Source: Psammoneis japonica (lineage: Eukaryota). From it: a stretch of 64,000 bases of DNA. Where the stretch lies: assembly GCA_008632985.1 (NCBI GenBank), contig QPGO01000216.1, positions 1 to 64,000 of the forward strand. The letters run 5' to 3'. Positions 1 to 13,135 of the stretch are shown here, piece after piece. How positions within the stretch are numbered: position 1 is the stretch's first letter; each line of letters begins with the position of its first letter. The translations under genes and the position numbers were made by a program. The notes under the pieces are model-generated. The model saw only the letters and a list, made by a program, of their open reading frames with translations. It had not been told where the DNA came from and ran no database searches.

Positions 1-174
1 CAGCTCTTATTACGGCTCGACCCATCCAACCTACCCGAAGACGTGTATCTCCATTACCGTCAACAGGAGCCCGTCACCACTGGCGCCTCTATCAGTTCTG
101 GGCTTGCTATACCTGCTGTAGTGACCATGACCATCGACAACCTATATCTTGATATTGTGCACCGGCCCGAGTTT

Positions 175-863
175 GACATGATTGACGACAAACCCAAGAA
201 CAATTTGTCGCAACTTAGAGGAGAAACGGTTGCAATTGACGTGTCCATTCCTCTTTAAAAGATCCTCCTCGACCCAATAGCGGCAAGGCAAGTGTATGCC
301 TCACCGAAGACACCTGTTGGTCAAGCAGCAAAACTTTTGGTACAGCGTCACAACAGACTTTACAAACAAAACGGCATTGAAGCCATACACGTTTTTGACG
401 GCGCTCACAACCCGCTCAAATGGCGAACTGATGCAAAGCGTAGAGCCAGAAAAAGACCTGTTGAAGATAGGATATTGTTTCTTCTTCAGCAGAACCGGCC
501 AGAACAAGATAGACTCGAGGTGCTGAACAGGTGGAAAAGTATTGTTTGTCCAAGAGGTGACATTATGCTCCTGATCAAGAAAGTATTCGACTGAGAACCC
601 GTATATGCAAGCTGCCATTGAAGCTGAAGCGCAGTGCGTGGAGATGCAAAATTTGGGGATTGTCACATATATAGAATCTGAGGATGGCGACGTGTATGGG
701 TACAATGGTGAGAAATGGATCACCAACTTAAACCCCCACAATGGTGACTGCTGTATGGGTGGCGGCTGATATCGATGCTCGTGAGAGTGCTGGAGGTGGC
801 CGTTGGAAGGATTTCAAGTATGCCATTCCTGCTTTTCGTGGTTGTGACTACAATACTGGGTAG
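175..863 (+). pseudogene. XPG/FEN1/EXO1-family 5' nuclease remnant (in-frame stop at 256-258, frameshift near 595)
   Basis: Motifs in the expected order: LRGETVAIDVS (XPG-N), GIEAIHVFDG, AIEAEAQC..LGIVTYIESEDGD (XPG-I EADAQ...EDSD), FRGCDYN (H3TH GCDY). Tyr codons are retained here. Confidence 0.75.
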
Positions 864-867
864 GTAG

Positions 868-1137
868 TGTTCGATAGCTACCGGTGGCATTTGATGTGAT
901 AGCCAATAGCCAGCATTCGATACTGTACGACAGGGTAGCTAGCATTCGATACTGTACGATAGGGTAGCTAGCATTCGAAAGCTAGAGTACTAGCATTTGG
1001 CACGATGTGACAGATAGTAGTATTTGATAGCTACTGGTAGGAGTAGTATTTGATCTGATACGATGGATAGTATTCGATGCGATGCGGCAGCTAGAGTGTT
1101 TGACAGCTAATGTTCGATACGATACGATAGCTAGAGT
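868..1137. repeat. Degenerate minisatellite, core unit ~29 bp (agcattcgatactgtacgayagggtagct)
   Basis: Two near-exact units from ~912, with decayed ttcgata/gctag units on both sides. Confidence 0.7.
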
Positions 1138-1287
1138 TCCCCAATGGCTTCCTGGATTACTTCTTAGATTTTACAACAGAAGCTGAGGGGATAAATGTGT
1201 CCTCTGACCAAAGCTATTAAAGGCAATGACAAAAACGGAAGTTATCCTTTATAGTTACATGCACGACCACAACAAAGAAGCTCAGCA

Positions 1288-1760
1288 AAACGACTTTTGA
1301 CGATGACGACAATGCCCGCCATGAAATGCAACACTCAGTCGCTCTTCTATATACAATAAACAAATGACACCAGCGATGAAATTCAATGGATGAAGCCAAA
1401 TCAACGAAGTGTAAACGACACAGCCAAAACGGCATGCGATCAAAAACCACAACACTGCACAAAACGACTTTACACAACGACGACAACACCCGCCATAACA
1501 ACAAAAGACTCGGTTGCTCTTCTCAATGCAACAAACAAATGATACGAGCCGTGAAAGCCAATGGATGAAGCCAAATCAACAAAGTACCGGTATAAACAAC
1601 ACGGCCAATGGCATTTGATCAAAAACCACAACACTGCACACATAAAACGACTTTGTGCGACGATGACAATGCTTGCCACAGCAACAAAACATTCAAGCAT
1701 GCTTTTCTTGATACAACAAACAAACATGATAGCCACCTTGCCAAGCCAAATCAATGAAGT
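1288..1760. repeat. Tandem repeat, ~175-180 bp unit, about 2.7 copies
   Basis: atggatgaagccaaatcaac at 1386 and 1561, aagccaaatcaa at ~1743; aaaacgacttt occurs three times. Confidence 0.8.
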
Positions 1761-3185
1761 AACATCAAAATAGCCAACAACGGACGCAAAAATTGAATCC
1801 AATGTATTCAAAATTGCATGTGGGTCCCGGTGGCACACAAGAGTTCTCAACAAGGTGCCCACACACCACATCTCTCATGTTGTTGTTGCTTGCATTGCCA
1901 CTTCCATAATGTGGCCTTCTTTTGCTGGCACACGGCAGATGCAAGGGTGGAGCCGCACACCTTTGCAATGGTTCCTCTGGGGATCTCGCTTGCGTTTTGG
2001 GAGACGATGCCATGGGCGATTCTTCTGTCATCACTGCAACAGGTAGAGGAAGGAGAGGTCAATCAAAAGCGCCAGTGGTGACGGGCTCCTTTTGACGGTA
2101 ATTGAGATACACATCTTCGAGTAGGGTGTGATGGGTCGAGCCGCAATGGGAGCTGAAGAGGAAAAAATGGGTTGGTGCCGATGATTCCTGAGCCCGTGGA
2201 AAGCGCACGATAAAGGATATGACTTGCCAAAAACAAGGCTCTTAGCATCTGTTGTTAAGAGCCCAAGTGGTGTCGGGGAGAGTAACCTTCTTGTTGAACA
2301 GCGGTGATGTCAAAAGAGGAGGTCGTCAGAGGCCGTGGTTTTGTCGTGGTAAAAAAATGGCTCCGGAGGGTCACAGCAATTCAGCGTCCGGGTTCCGTCC
2401 ATTGTTGGACTGCTAGAACGCACATGGTCAAGTGGGTGTCCTTGGCCATTGTCAATTGCTTGTGACCGTGGAAGTGAGTTCATTGGACACCAGTTTAAGA
2501 ACATGGTTGAAGATGACTGTGGCATTGAAGTCAAGCCCACAACTGCACAAAATCCACAAGCAAACACAATTGTTGAATGTGTGCATCAAGCACTTGGAAA
2601 CATGACCCGCGTGTTTGATTTGCAACATGCACCTCTGGACACTGAGGATCCCTTCACTGGAACATTGTCAGGAGTGGCATTTGCAGCACGATCAACACAT
2701 CATGCCATGATGCAAGCTGCGCCAGGACAATTGGTCTTCAATCAAGACATGACATTTAACGTCCAACACATTGCAGACTGGAAGCACATCCAGCAGCATG
2801 AACAAAAAATCACAAATGAAAATGATGCTCAAGAGAATGCTCAACATGCTCCTCACACATGCAATGCAGGAGAAAAAGCACTGCTTGAACAAAGCTCCCA
2901 AAAACCAGAACAGCCATGTGCTGGACTGTGCACAATTGCAATGGCACATGCCAATGGCACAGTGCCACAGATCAAACGCAGTGAGGTCATTGACACTGTC
3001 AATGTCCATTGCATGACGCCGTTCAATGAATGACTCCAATGTGCAATTGGGGAGGCGAATGCAGTGTGCACTGTCATGCACATTTTATGTGCACACACAT
3101 GTGTGCTCAAATGTTGTTTTATGTTCAATTGCACATCAATCATGGGTTCGCATGAAGGACAGAACAATCACACAGAGTTGATTGG

Positions 3186-4566
3186 GGACACACGGCAATT
3201 CGTCTCACTTTCTGACAAAACCATCCAAGGTCCTGCACGCTTGTCAAGGATGACCCATTTGAGTGAAAATTTTTCAGCAAAATGACCGTTGAGGACAAAA
3301 AATTGATTGTGCACACATTCGCGTGCAAAGGTTTGTGTCAATGTTGCCAACTTGCATGTGCATCACTTTGTTTGGCAAGCAAGTCTTTGTTCAGCAATTT
3401 GTCTCAGTTTTGAAGTAGAAGCATTTTGTTGTGAGACATGCGGCGGATGCAAAATTTTGTTGTCAAAGACAAACAACAACAAACGACAACAAACGACAAC
3501 AGATGGAGACAGACAGAGACAAACATGCCAGTGTCATCGTACATTGCACATCTGTCTGTCCTGTCATCGAACGATCCTCATCCATTGGTTTAAGAAGCAG
3601 AGAGAAATGGCAAGCACAGACGGCATTGAGGATGGATCGTCTAGATGAGGCATTTTTTTAATTAGCTCGTGATTTTGCAATTTTCTCACACTTCGCCCAT
3701 GTTGTTTTGCGATGCCTCTGAGCACCCCCAAACACTTGTGAATGTGTCCAGCCCCCATCAGGGCTGTTAGACCTACATGCAAACTACACATTTCAACCTT
3801 CAAACGCCAATTGTCGGATTTGGTGCAGTTGTCACATTCGACAAACTGCTGTTTTTTGCCAAAATTGCACTGCTTGTGAGAGACAAGCCACAACTTTCCA
3901 GGAAATGCCGAAAATTGGTGTTTGACTGGGCATGGACATGTCTGCAGTCGTCAAGCTAAAGATCGCACATGGTCACAACCATCGCCAACACATTCTATGA
4001 TGTCTTTGGAAGGGACAAAGTTCAACCTGTCACTGAAAATATTTTGTTGGCGAGTGTGCGCATCCAGCATGAGAAATCCGGGTTTTTTCCAAAGAAACAT
4101 GAGCTCGCGCGCAAACAGACCTCATTTGGATGATCCATCCTCAACACGCAGCAGCAGTTTCAATTTGCAGCTTGGTGGGTGCCGGTGTCATTGTGCATCG
4201 CACATCTGTCTGTCCTGTCATCGATCAATCTGCATCCATTGGTTTGTCTCCATCTGTCGCCGTTTGTCACCGTTTTTGTCTTCATTTGTCTCTGTTTGTC
4301 ATGGACAAAAAAATTTTTGTCGTCATTTGTCATCAACAACAAAGATTTGTTGTCAACAACAAAAAGAGAATCAAACAATTTTGTCTCCACGACGAAAAGA
4401 GAATCGCCAAACAATGAAATCGTGTTGCTGAAACATGTTGAAATTAACAGTGCATGCGTTGAATTTTAAAGCATTGATTGCATTTTCATCAAATGCATCT
4501 GTTTGTCGTGAATTGTCCACAACAAATGATCAATGTCTCGCACTGATTTCAAAATGCCGTGTGTCC
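3186..4566. mobile_element. Non-autonomous TIR element inserted in the gypsy LTR; probable 3-bp TSD (tgg/cgg), possibly Harbinger-like
   Basis: TIR ggacacacggca...tgccgtgtgtcc; removing it restores the LTR sequence gagttgatcggatgtcg; internal (gacaa)-rich inverted low-complexity arms. Confidence 0.75.
3630..4140. mobile_element. MITE family M1, copy 1 (~510 bp), TTAA-derived TSD, Kolobok/piggyBac-type target
   Basis: TIR ggatggatcgtctagatgagg / cctcatttggatgatccatcc; flanks ttga and tcaa; inverted second copy at 32122-32629. Confidence 0.9.
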
Positions 4567-4824
4567 CGGAAGTCGAAAATTGCAAGTGCAATTGCTTGAC
4601 AATGTTGACATCTCATGTGTCAATGGCAATCGCATCTGGACAATCTGTTGTCACAAATGCATTTTCCGAAAGGCCCTTCAGTCTGCAGGGCCAGTGCAAA
4701 AGCTTTGGGCCATTGAGAACTTGTTCAGAGAATCCCCAAATGATTGGGTAAAATGTGATCTTGCAATTTTCACTTTTGCACTTCACTCTACTTTCGTTTG
4801 TGCTTGTTCTTTGAGCACAGTGCA

Positions 4825-5198
4825 GGCCATGACTGGGAAATTGGTGACAACCCGGAACTCATCAAATTCATTTGTTTGGTTGACAATGATGAATGTGAGG
4901 AAATCCTTGCCTGCAGCGACATCATCCATCACATCAAGCAAGAAGACAAAGACACCACTGTCTGAAAATTCTGACACAGTTTCACAAGAAGGACCATTGC
5001 AACCTCATGACCCCTCTTGGAAAAGCTCAAGCCACCAAATCATGCTTGAATGGGAAAGTGGGGAGGTCATGTCCAAACCCCTTGCCATCGTTGCCAAGGA
5101 TGATCCTGTCACCTGTGCCATCCATGCACGTGAGCATGGCCTGCTTGAAGCTGATGAATGGAAATGCTTTCACATGACAGCTCAGCATCAGAAGAAGC
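4825..5198 (+). mobile_element. Ty1/copia (CoDi-like) pol fragment, continuing at 17731
   Basis: MLEWESGE..PLAIVAKDDPVTCAI matches the copies at 25850 and 41452. Confidence 0.85.
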
Positions 5199-8100
5199 TG
5201 CACTGTGCTCAAAGAACAAGCACAAACAAAAGTGGGGTCAAGCATGAAAAGTGAAGATTGTGAGATTAAATTTTGCTCTGTGATTTTTGGTTTCTCCGAA
5301 TGAGTTCTCAATGGCCTGAAGCTTCTGTGCTGCTTCTGCAGACAAAAGGCCTTTCAGAGAATGTGTTTGTGACAACAGATTGTCTGGATGTGATTGCCAT
5401 TGACACGCAAGATGTCAACATCATCAATCGATCGTGTTTGCAATTTTCGACATCCGATCAACTCTGTGTGATCGTTCTGTCCTTTGTGCGCATCCACGAC
5501 TGTGGTGCGATTGACACACAAATGACACCTGATTGTCAATGTGCACACAACAGTCGCACACTGCATTCGCCTCCCGAATTGCACACAAGAGTTGTTCGTC
5601 AAGTGGAACAATTCGACGGACATTGACATTGTCAACAATGTCTCCATGTCAACTGCATTGTGCCATTGGTGATGACTGTTGTTGTTGCATTTAGGCCAGC
5701 ATGGGGCCGTTTCAATTTCCAAATGTCTTTCGAGAGCATCATGGTTTGTCTCACGCTCCACGTGAATGTGACGCTCTCTGTGTGTGTGCATGAATGTGTT
5801 GCAGTGTTGCGTCGAGCATTCTCTGTGACATTGTTTTGTTCATGTGGACACAAGGACCAATTGTCCTGCTGTTCTTTCATGGTGTTGATTGCACACAACA
5901 TTTTGCCCCAGTGCTCGATGTACAGTGCGCACTCAATTGGCGTTCATTTGCTCACTTGTGGATTTCGTGCAGTTTGGTGGGCTCACTTTGTGTGCCACAT
6001 TGCTCTGCGGCACCACCACTTTTCTTAAGTGGCAATTAACGATGGTCAAGGACACGACCATTTCGTCTTGACAGTCAATCCTGTGATGGCTGTATGAACT
6101 CCATTGTGGATTTTTTGCACTCCAACCATTTATCAGTTGGTTTGTGATTGTCACTTGGACGTTTCTTTTTGACACACCGGCGTTATTTTGTCATTCCGAA
6201 GGCACTGCTTTCGTGCACTGAGTGGACAAATGTCCATTTTTCACACAGCAGGTTGTTTTGTTTCTGAATCTTTGGCACATCTCGTGCGTCGACATGACAA
6301 CATTGTTTGTGTCTTGCCTCGTACATTGTGCGTTACAACCGTATGGGTGTCATGAGATTGTCTTTTGCCAGTGTGAAGTGGATGCTGTAAACAACATCGC
6401 ACTGCACACCAATCTGCCACAGGGTTTTTTTCTAACCGTCCTTGTGTAAGACGATTTTATCCTTGTGACATGAGCATTTTTTTGATCTCGCTCGCCTCCA
6501 CGAAAAGTGTTCGTATGACATGTCGCGTCCGACAATTTGGAGGGAAATGTCTTTGTCCCGTTTTAATGGCAGGACATTGTCGCAGGATTCAATTTTCTTT
6601 GCAGCAAGTTGGCTGATCGTGTCGATCGACAGTGTCGCGACGACGTTCGCCTTGCCCTCGATTTGTGTTATTTGGGGACTGAAGTTTTCTGTTGTAAGTT
6701 GCCAACGTATGACTTTGTCCGTTGTGTCTTATGATCCACATGTGTGCAACAATCTGTTGGCCAAACAGTGTGTGTTTCAGAATTTTGTGACTGTTTTCAC
6801 TGTGGACAACAGTTCTTTTTTCCGTTGCAATGCATGATGTTGAAATTCGTGCATGATGACAATGTGATTTTTGATTTGATGCGCTCCATGTTTTCGGTGA
6901 CTTTTCGTTCCGTACTTGCACTTTTGCCATTTGACCTTTGTTGAGGTGAATCTGGCTAGCATTGCACAGGAGATCATTGAGACTGCATGTCTCGACAGTG
7001 GCGACGTGTGACGACGAGATGTCGCAGTGTTCTTTGCATTTTTCTCGTGTTGCGATTGCTTGAATCGCCTCCATTTTCTTTGCAATCGAATGCATGTCGT
7101 TGCGCATGGAAGTCTTGACATTTTATTTCAAGTTGAACAGTGAAGGACTTTTGTTGTCAACCTTCTAAGCAACTGTTCCAGTTGATTGAATGCCGCACCA
7201 AGCTGTCACTTGCACAGGTGATGTTTTGAAGTCACTTTTTGTCAGGCATGAACGATCACATGTGGTCGTTCTGACAACTTCAAACCTGTTGTGAGTTCAC
7301 TCATGTGTTGTTTAAAAACATCTGGGGCTCTGCAGCTTCTCACAGGAAGTCCACAGCACTCATTTTCTCCCCACGGCATGATTTTCATGTTGGCACGACA
7401 TTTGTTTCTTTTGTTTGATGTGACAGTGTCCCACATTCAAATTGAGCAAGGTCGCACATGTGAACCCTTTTCTGGTTTCTGAAGTGTGTCCTGAACATTT
7501 GGTGGAGGATGCGGCACACGCACTGGCCTCTTGTTCAGTTCACGAAAGCCGGACAGAAACCGAGCTTCGACCATTTTTCTGTTTTTTAAAGGTTGGAGCT
7601 GTCCATTCAGAACAGTTCATTTTCCTTTAGGACTTTTAGCTTACAGAGCCTTTCAATCTCCTTACAAGTTGCCTCCAAGGCTTGTAGAAACAGGAAACCT
7701 TTTGCGTGGTGCGGTTTCGCGCCAGATTTCACTGCGAGGTTTTCTGGTCCACTCGCCCAGAGAACCATTGAAAAGAGATTTGAATCTTTTCAAAGGGAAG
7801 ATCAATTGCTTCTGCTCCTGTGGAGTCAGATGAGTTGCCGCAGCTGTCACATCATTGAGATTAGAAGCATGACAATGTGAGTCGAGGACCATTGGTTCCG
7901 TCATTGACTCTGTTCACGGCGTCACATTTTTCAATGTGATCGGCATTCAGCTGGAAACATCGGCTTCGAAGAGTGGTGCACTGTGCTCGAAGAACGAGCA
8001 CAAACAAAAAGCAGAATCAAGTGTGAAAAGTGAAAATTGTGAGAATTGTTTCTGTGCAATCATTTTGGGTTTCTCCGAACAAGTTCTCAATGGCCTGAAG

Positions 8101-8386
8101 CATTTGTGCTGTTCCTGCAGACAAGAGGCCTTTCGGAGAACAAGATCGTGATGACAGATTGTCCGGATGCGATTGACATTGACACACAAGATGTCAACAT
8201 CACATCGCACGATTGCATTTGCATTTTTCGACATCTGATCAATTCTGTGTGATTGATCTGTCCTTTGTGCCAACCCACGATTGATGCACGATTGAAATGT
8301 AAACTCATTTAATGTGTGGACACACACACATGCAACGCACATGACACAATGCACACTGCATTTGCCTCCCCAATTGCACATTAGAG

Positions 8387-11300
8387 TCAGTCGTTAAACG
8401 GCGTCATCCGATGGATGTTGACAGTGTCAATGACGTCACCGCGTTTGATCTGTGCTGTGCCATTGGTGTGCACCGTCGTCATTGCATGCGGTCCAATGCA
8501 GGGCTGTTCCAATTTCTGCGAGTCTTTTTCGAGCAGTGTCTTCTCTCCTGCTCTGTGCACATGAGGAGTGCACCAAGCATTCTCTTGAGTGTTGTTTTTA
8601 TTTGTGATTTCTTGTTTTCCCTGCTGGATCAATTTCCAGTCTGCGACATGTTGGACGTTAAACATCATGTCTCTGTCAAAGACTGATTGTCCAGGTGCAG
8701 CTTGTGCAGCAGTGTGATGCACAGAATGCACTGCAAATGCCACTGCTGACAACATTCCAGTGAAAGGATCCTCAGTGTCCAGAGGTGCATGTTGCAAATC
8801 AAGTGCATGGATCACATTTCCCAGTGCTTGATGTGCGCGTTCAACAATTGTGTTTGCTTGTGGATTTTGTGCAGTTGCAGGCTTGACTTCAATGCCACAA
8901 TCATCTTGCACCATGTCTTTAAATTGGTGTCCGATGAACTCACTTCCACGATCACAAGCAATTGATGATGGCCAAGGGCATCTGCTTGACCATGTTTGTT
9001 CCAATGGTCCAGCTGCAGTTGTGGATTCCTCATTTGGAATTTCTGCAACTTCAAACCATCCGGTTGCCGGATCAATCATTGTCAAACACTTCAGGACTGG
9101 GGGTTCTTTCTCCCCTTTATGACACATTTTGTGTGGTCCAACAAGATCCACACACAGTCGTTCCCATGGCACTGATTCTGTGCACTTGGGAGGTAAATGT
9201 CCACATTTTTTGTGTTTCTTTTTGAATTTCTGGCACGTCTCACATTTCGACACGTATTTTCGTATGTCTTCATGCAAGGCAGACCACCACAAGTGTTGTG
9301 AGATTGTTTCTTCTGTTCGATTTGTGCCAGGATGAAGAAGGTGCACATGACACCAATCTGTCACTGCTTTTTGTAACGTCTTTGGAATGACGATTTTATC
9401 CTTGTGACATGTGAGCAACCGGTCTCGCTTGCCTCCACAAAAAGTCTTCGTGTGAAAGGTCTCATTGGACAATTTGGAGAGAATGTCTTTGTCCCGTTTT
9501 TGTTCAGTGTCGAGAACTTTGTAATTTAACGGAAAGACATTGTCGCAGGATTTTGGTGGGATTTTTTCAGCCAACTCTTCTGTGCTGAAGTTTTCCACAG
9601 AGATTGTTTTTTTCATGGTAAGTCAGCTGATCGCATCTGCGACAATGTTCGCCTTGCCCCCGAGATGTGTTGTTTTGGGACTGTGTTCTTCTGTTGTTAG
9701 ACGCCAACGCATGACTCTGTCCGTTGTGAAGTTTTTGCATGTGAGATTTTTGTGATCCATGTGTGCATTTGTCGGTTGGCCAAACAGTGTGTTTCGGAAC
9801 TCTTTTAACGTCTCCACTGTGGACAATGGTTCTTTTTCCATTGCAGCATGACGCGTCTGCGCTCCATTCAGCTTGTGGCTGCAGAAGGCAATTGGTCGGT
9901 TGTTTCTGCATGATGACCGCCCCCAATTGAGACTTGCTCACATCGGCATGTGTCTCAAAGGGTGCGCTGAAATTCGGATGTGATGACAGCATGTCTTTAG
10001 AGATGATGCGCTTCATGTTTTTGAAGGCTTTTTGTTCTGTTTCGGTCCACTGCCACTTCACTTGGGTTGAGGTGAGTTTGGCCAAAGGAGCTAGAACATG
10101 AGATCGTCGGGGCCACATGTCTTGACAGCAGTTGATCACACCGACAAAGCGTCGCAATTCTTTGTGAGTTTTGGGTGTTGCGATCGCGTGAACAGCTTCC
10201 ATTTTTTTTGGTGTGGGACTGATGCCATTGCGGGTGACATGAAAGCCTAGATAGTCTGCTTCGGGTTCATCAAAAAAAGACTTTTCAGCATTGACTTTCA
10301 ATCCGGCTTGTTCAAGGCGTAAAAACACCATCTCAAGCTTCTTGAGGTGGTCTTGAAAATCACCTTTTGCAAGGCACAATGTGTTGTCAATGCAAGTTCT
10401 GACAAACTCCAGACCTGCCATGAGCTCACTCGTGTGCTCTTGAAAAACATCTGGAGCTCCACAGATTCCCATGGGGAGTCCACAGCATTCATGTTTTCCC
10501 AAGGCATGACAATCATGCACAAACGACGTGCATGCGGCGTCAATTCAATGTGACAGCATCCCACATTTAAACCAAGGGATGTCGCACACATGAAACCTTT
10601 GAGTTTCTGTGGCATGTCCTGAATGTTGGGCAGAGGAAATGGTGCACGTGTTGACCTCTTGTTCAGCTCACGAAAGTTGGACAAAAACCAAACTCGACCA
10701 TTTTTCTTGGGTTGGACAAAGGTTGGAGCTGCCCATTCAGAGCAATTTGTTTTTCTTGGGACTTTTAACTTGCACAGTCTTTCAACCTCCTTTCAAGCAG
10801 TCGCCTCCAAGGCTTGTGGCAAGGGAAATGGTTTGGTGTGACACGGCCTCGCACCGATTTCAACTTTAAATCCACCGGTTTCCCGGTCCATTTGCCTGGA
10901 GAACCATCAAAAAGGTTTTCAAACCTCTTTGAGAGGAAGTTCAACTGCTTCTGCTCTTCTGGAGTTAGATGAGTTGCTGCTGCTGCAACGTTGTTGAGGT
11001 TGGCAGCGTGACAATCTGAGTCAAGGATCCGATTGACCCTGTCATTGAGGCTGATCACGGCATGAGATTCCTCAACATGATTGGCAATCAACTTGAAAAC
11101 GTTGGCATCGAAGAGTGCATCAACATTCTTCATGGGCACAGTTGCATCCTCCCATTTGATCTCTTCATTTGAGAAGCCTGACACCATTCCAAGACTTGAC
11201 ATTAAGTCGCGTCCCATGATCATGTCACAACGACTCAAAGAAGAAGGGGTCTTGTCAACATGTGCCGTTGTTTCAATCATCTTGTGTTTGTCAAATTCGG

Positions 11301-11586
11301 GCAAGGAGAACTGGATTTTGCGCCAACTGTCAGTTGTAAAGTGCCCTCCTTTGGTTTCCCAGATTTTGGTGGCGGATGTTTTTGTTCTGAGTTTCTACAT
11401 GAATTTGCGCAAAATTGTGGTTGACGATGTTCCGCTGTCGAGGAGAACGCGCGGAGGCTTGTTTTTCGCTTTTCCCAATGAGGCATTCACATGAGCGACG
11501 ATTGCTGGACTAGTGTGAGTTATTTTGGCCCTTTTTCCGGGCTTCCTGACATCCAGTGACGCGCGAGACTCCTCTTGCGGTGCGAG
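8387..11586 (-). pseudogene. pol: Gypsy pol (protease, RT, RNase H, integrase), frameshifted and TA-mutated
   Basis: LDSG protease; RLPMG-like/VRTCIDN RT; DVSKSQLGAV RNase H; HLLHPG..C..C and DRGSEF integrase. Confidence 0.92.
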
Positions 11587-13135
11587 TCATTCCTCAGAAT
11601 CACTGCGCGTCAATTTTTCAAACTGACAATTTTTCTTGTCAAGAGCATCAGAGTCAGAATCATTGCTCTTGCACTTTCCATCTTTGTTCGAAGAGCTCGC
11701 CTTGAGTGTTTTCTGAACTGCCTGGACTGCCATGGCGTTCAACTCTTCTTTGCGAGCGGCGTTGTCATTGTCGCTACGCGACCACGTGCGATTGCCATTT
11801 GAACGGCGGACGTGTTCCAGCTCTAGGTGGGACCTCGCACTGCTGAACTGTGACACAATTATTTTTTATCATCCGTCGTATGTTTCGCACGCACATTTCT
11901 ACGTGTTCTGTTGTAAAAAATTGTTCCACACTGCCTGTTTTGCAAAGCCAAAGGCTTTCTGTTATCTGCACTTGTGTCAATAAAAATGCACTGGGTGTGT
12001 TCTTTAATGTCTAAAGAATGTACCCGGGCACACTGCATGTGTTGTGCTTCAAGTGTGGAGGAGGAGATACGTTCGCAAAATTGCCTCTTTTTCTGTTGGC
12101 GATCATTCACATGTCCATCGCTCAATGATTTTACTGCGGAGCTCGCACGTAGAATTCTACGGGCCCAATGTCACAAAAAGTCCCACCTAGGACTGGAACC
12201 CGTCGGCATCGTTTTGGATCACGTTCAGTGTTTCCACGACGTTCTTTCACTGGTTTCTTGATCGACCAGCATCTGTCCGCACCATGAGTGGATTTTTTGC
12301 ATGGAATGCACCACTTGTCGGACTGGGATTTTTCGGTGCCATGTTGGTGACCATTTTTGGAACCAACCATTCTTGGCTTTCGATCCAGCACTGCCACTGG
12401 GATCAGCCTTGGCATGAATGCCATCGAATGTGTCCTCAGCGACCTCCAGGCGCTCCAGAAACTCAACCAACTTGTCGCAAGCATGTTTCAAAATTTCGAA
12501 ACCTTGGACAGTCGACTGACACTGCCACTTTCGAGGTGCAAGATTGAAGAGGATGTCCTTGAGTTCGTCCTCCTCCATCTTCTGATCCTCTGCGAAAAGG
12601 GAGGACAGAACTTGAGGTCTTCGTTGACTTCTTGGACCCAAGCAGCGATTTCGCATGCTTTCATGGACTCTGGCTTCTTGAGATCACGACGCAAGTAACG
12701 TTTCTGAATCTGAAGTGCGTTCTTGGGAAACACATGCTGAGTGAAATGTTGCAGGCATTTCTCGAAGCTTCCTTTGGCAGATTTGTTTTCAACATTCATC
12801 GCCCCATTTTCGAAAGCACACAGAGCATCTCCTTGCAACAACACACGCATGAGACGGAACTTGTCAGATTGCTTCTTGATGTTCTGACCCACTGGAAGTT
12901 GATCGCAGCTCTTTAAAAATTCGATGCACTTGGGAACACCCTGCTTCTTGCAGTGCTCGACATTGACCATGTGGGTGCGACTGTCCTTCTTCTCGGGATG
13001 AAAACACTGCTCCATCTTGAGATGCTGGCTCGGTTTGAGCGTCTTTGGCTCGGAATTCGATTCCAACGGCTGAGGAACGATTTTCTCCTGCCTTGGCGAA
13101 GTCTTGGCGTTAGCAACTTGAGGTGAAAGCTTCAT
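11587..13135 (-). pseudogene. gag: Gypsy gag, interrupted by a MITE and frameshifts
   Basis: Homologous to 19042-20196; CX2CX4HX4C knuckle CIPCKKSTHGADRC. Confidence 0.85.
11809..12204. mobile_element. MITE family M2, copy 1; 4-bp TSD ggcg/ggca
   Basis: TIR gacgtgttccagctctaggtgggac / gtcccacctaggactggaacccgtc; absent from the gag copy at ~19975. Confidence 0.85.

Larger units (their letters stand above)
2400..4824 (+). mobile_element. Ty3/gypsy 3' fragment: integrase C-terminal half, PPT and 3' LTR (3060-4824, interrupted by a TIR element)
   Basis: ORF 2449-3033 DRGSEF...NPQAN..VE integrase core; PPT ttggggaggcgaa; LTR homologous to the others in the window and ending gagcacagtgca. Confidence 0.9.

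Noticed and set aside
868..1760. CRISPR-like arrays
   Set aside because: The units are degenerate tandem repeats with no unique spacers or cas genes, in a eukaryotic context.
1765..2395. Short ORFs possibly encoding a host protein
   Set aside because: No recognisable motif or consistent frame.
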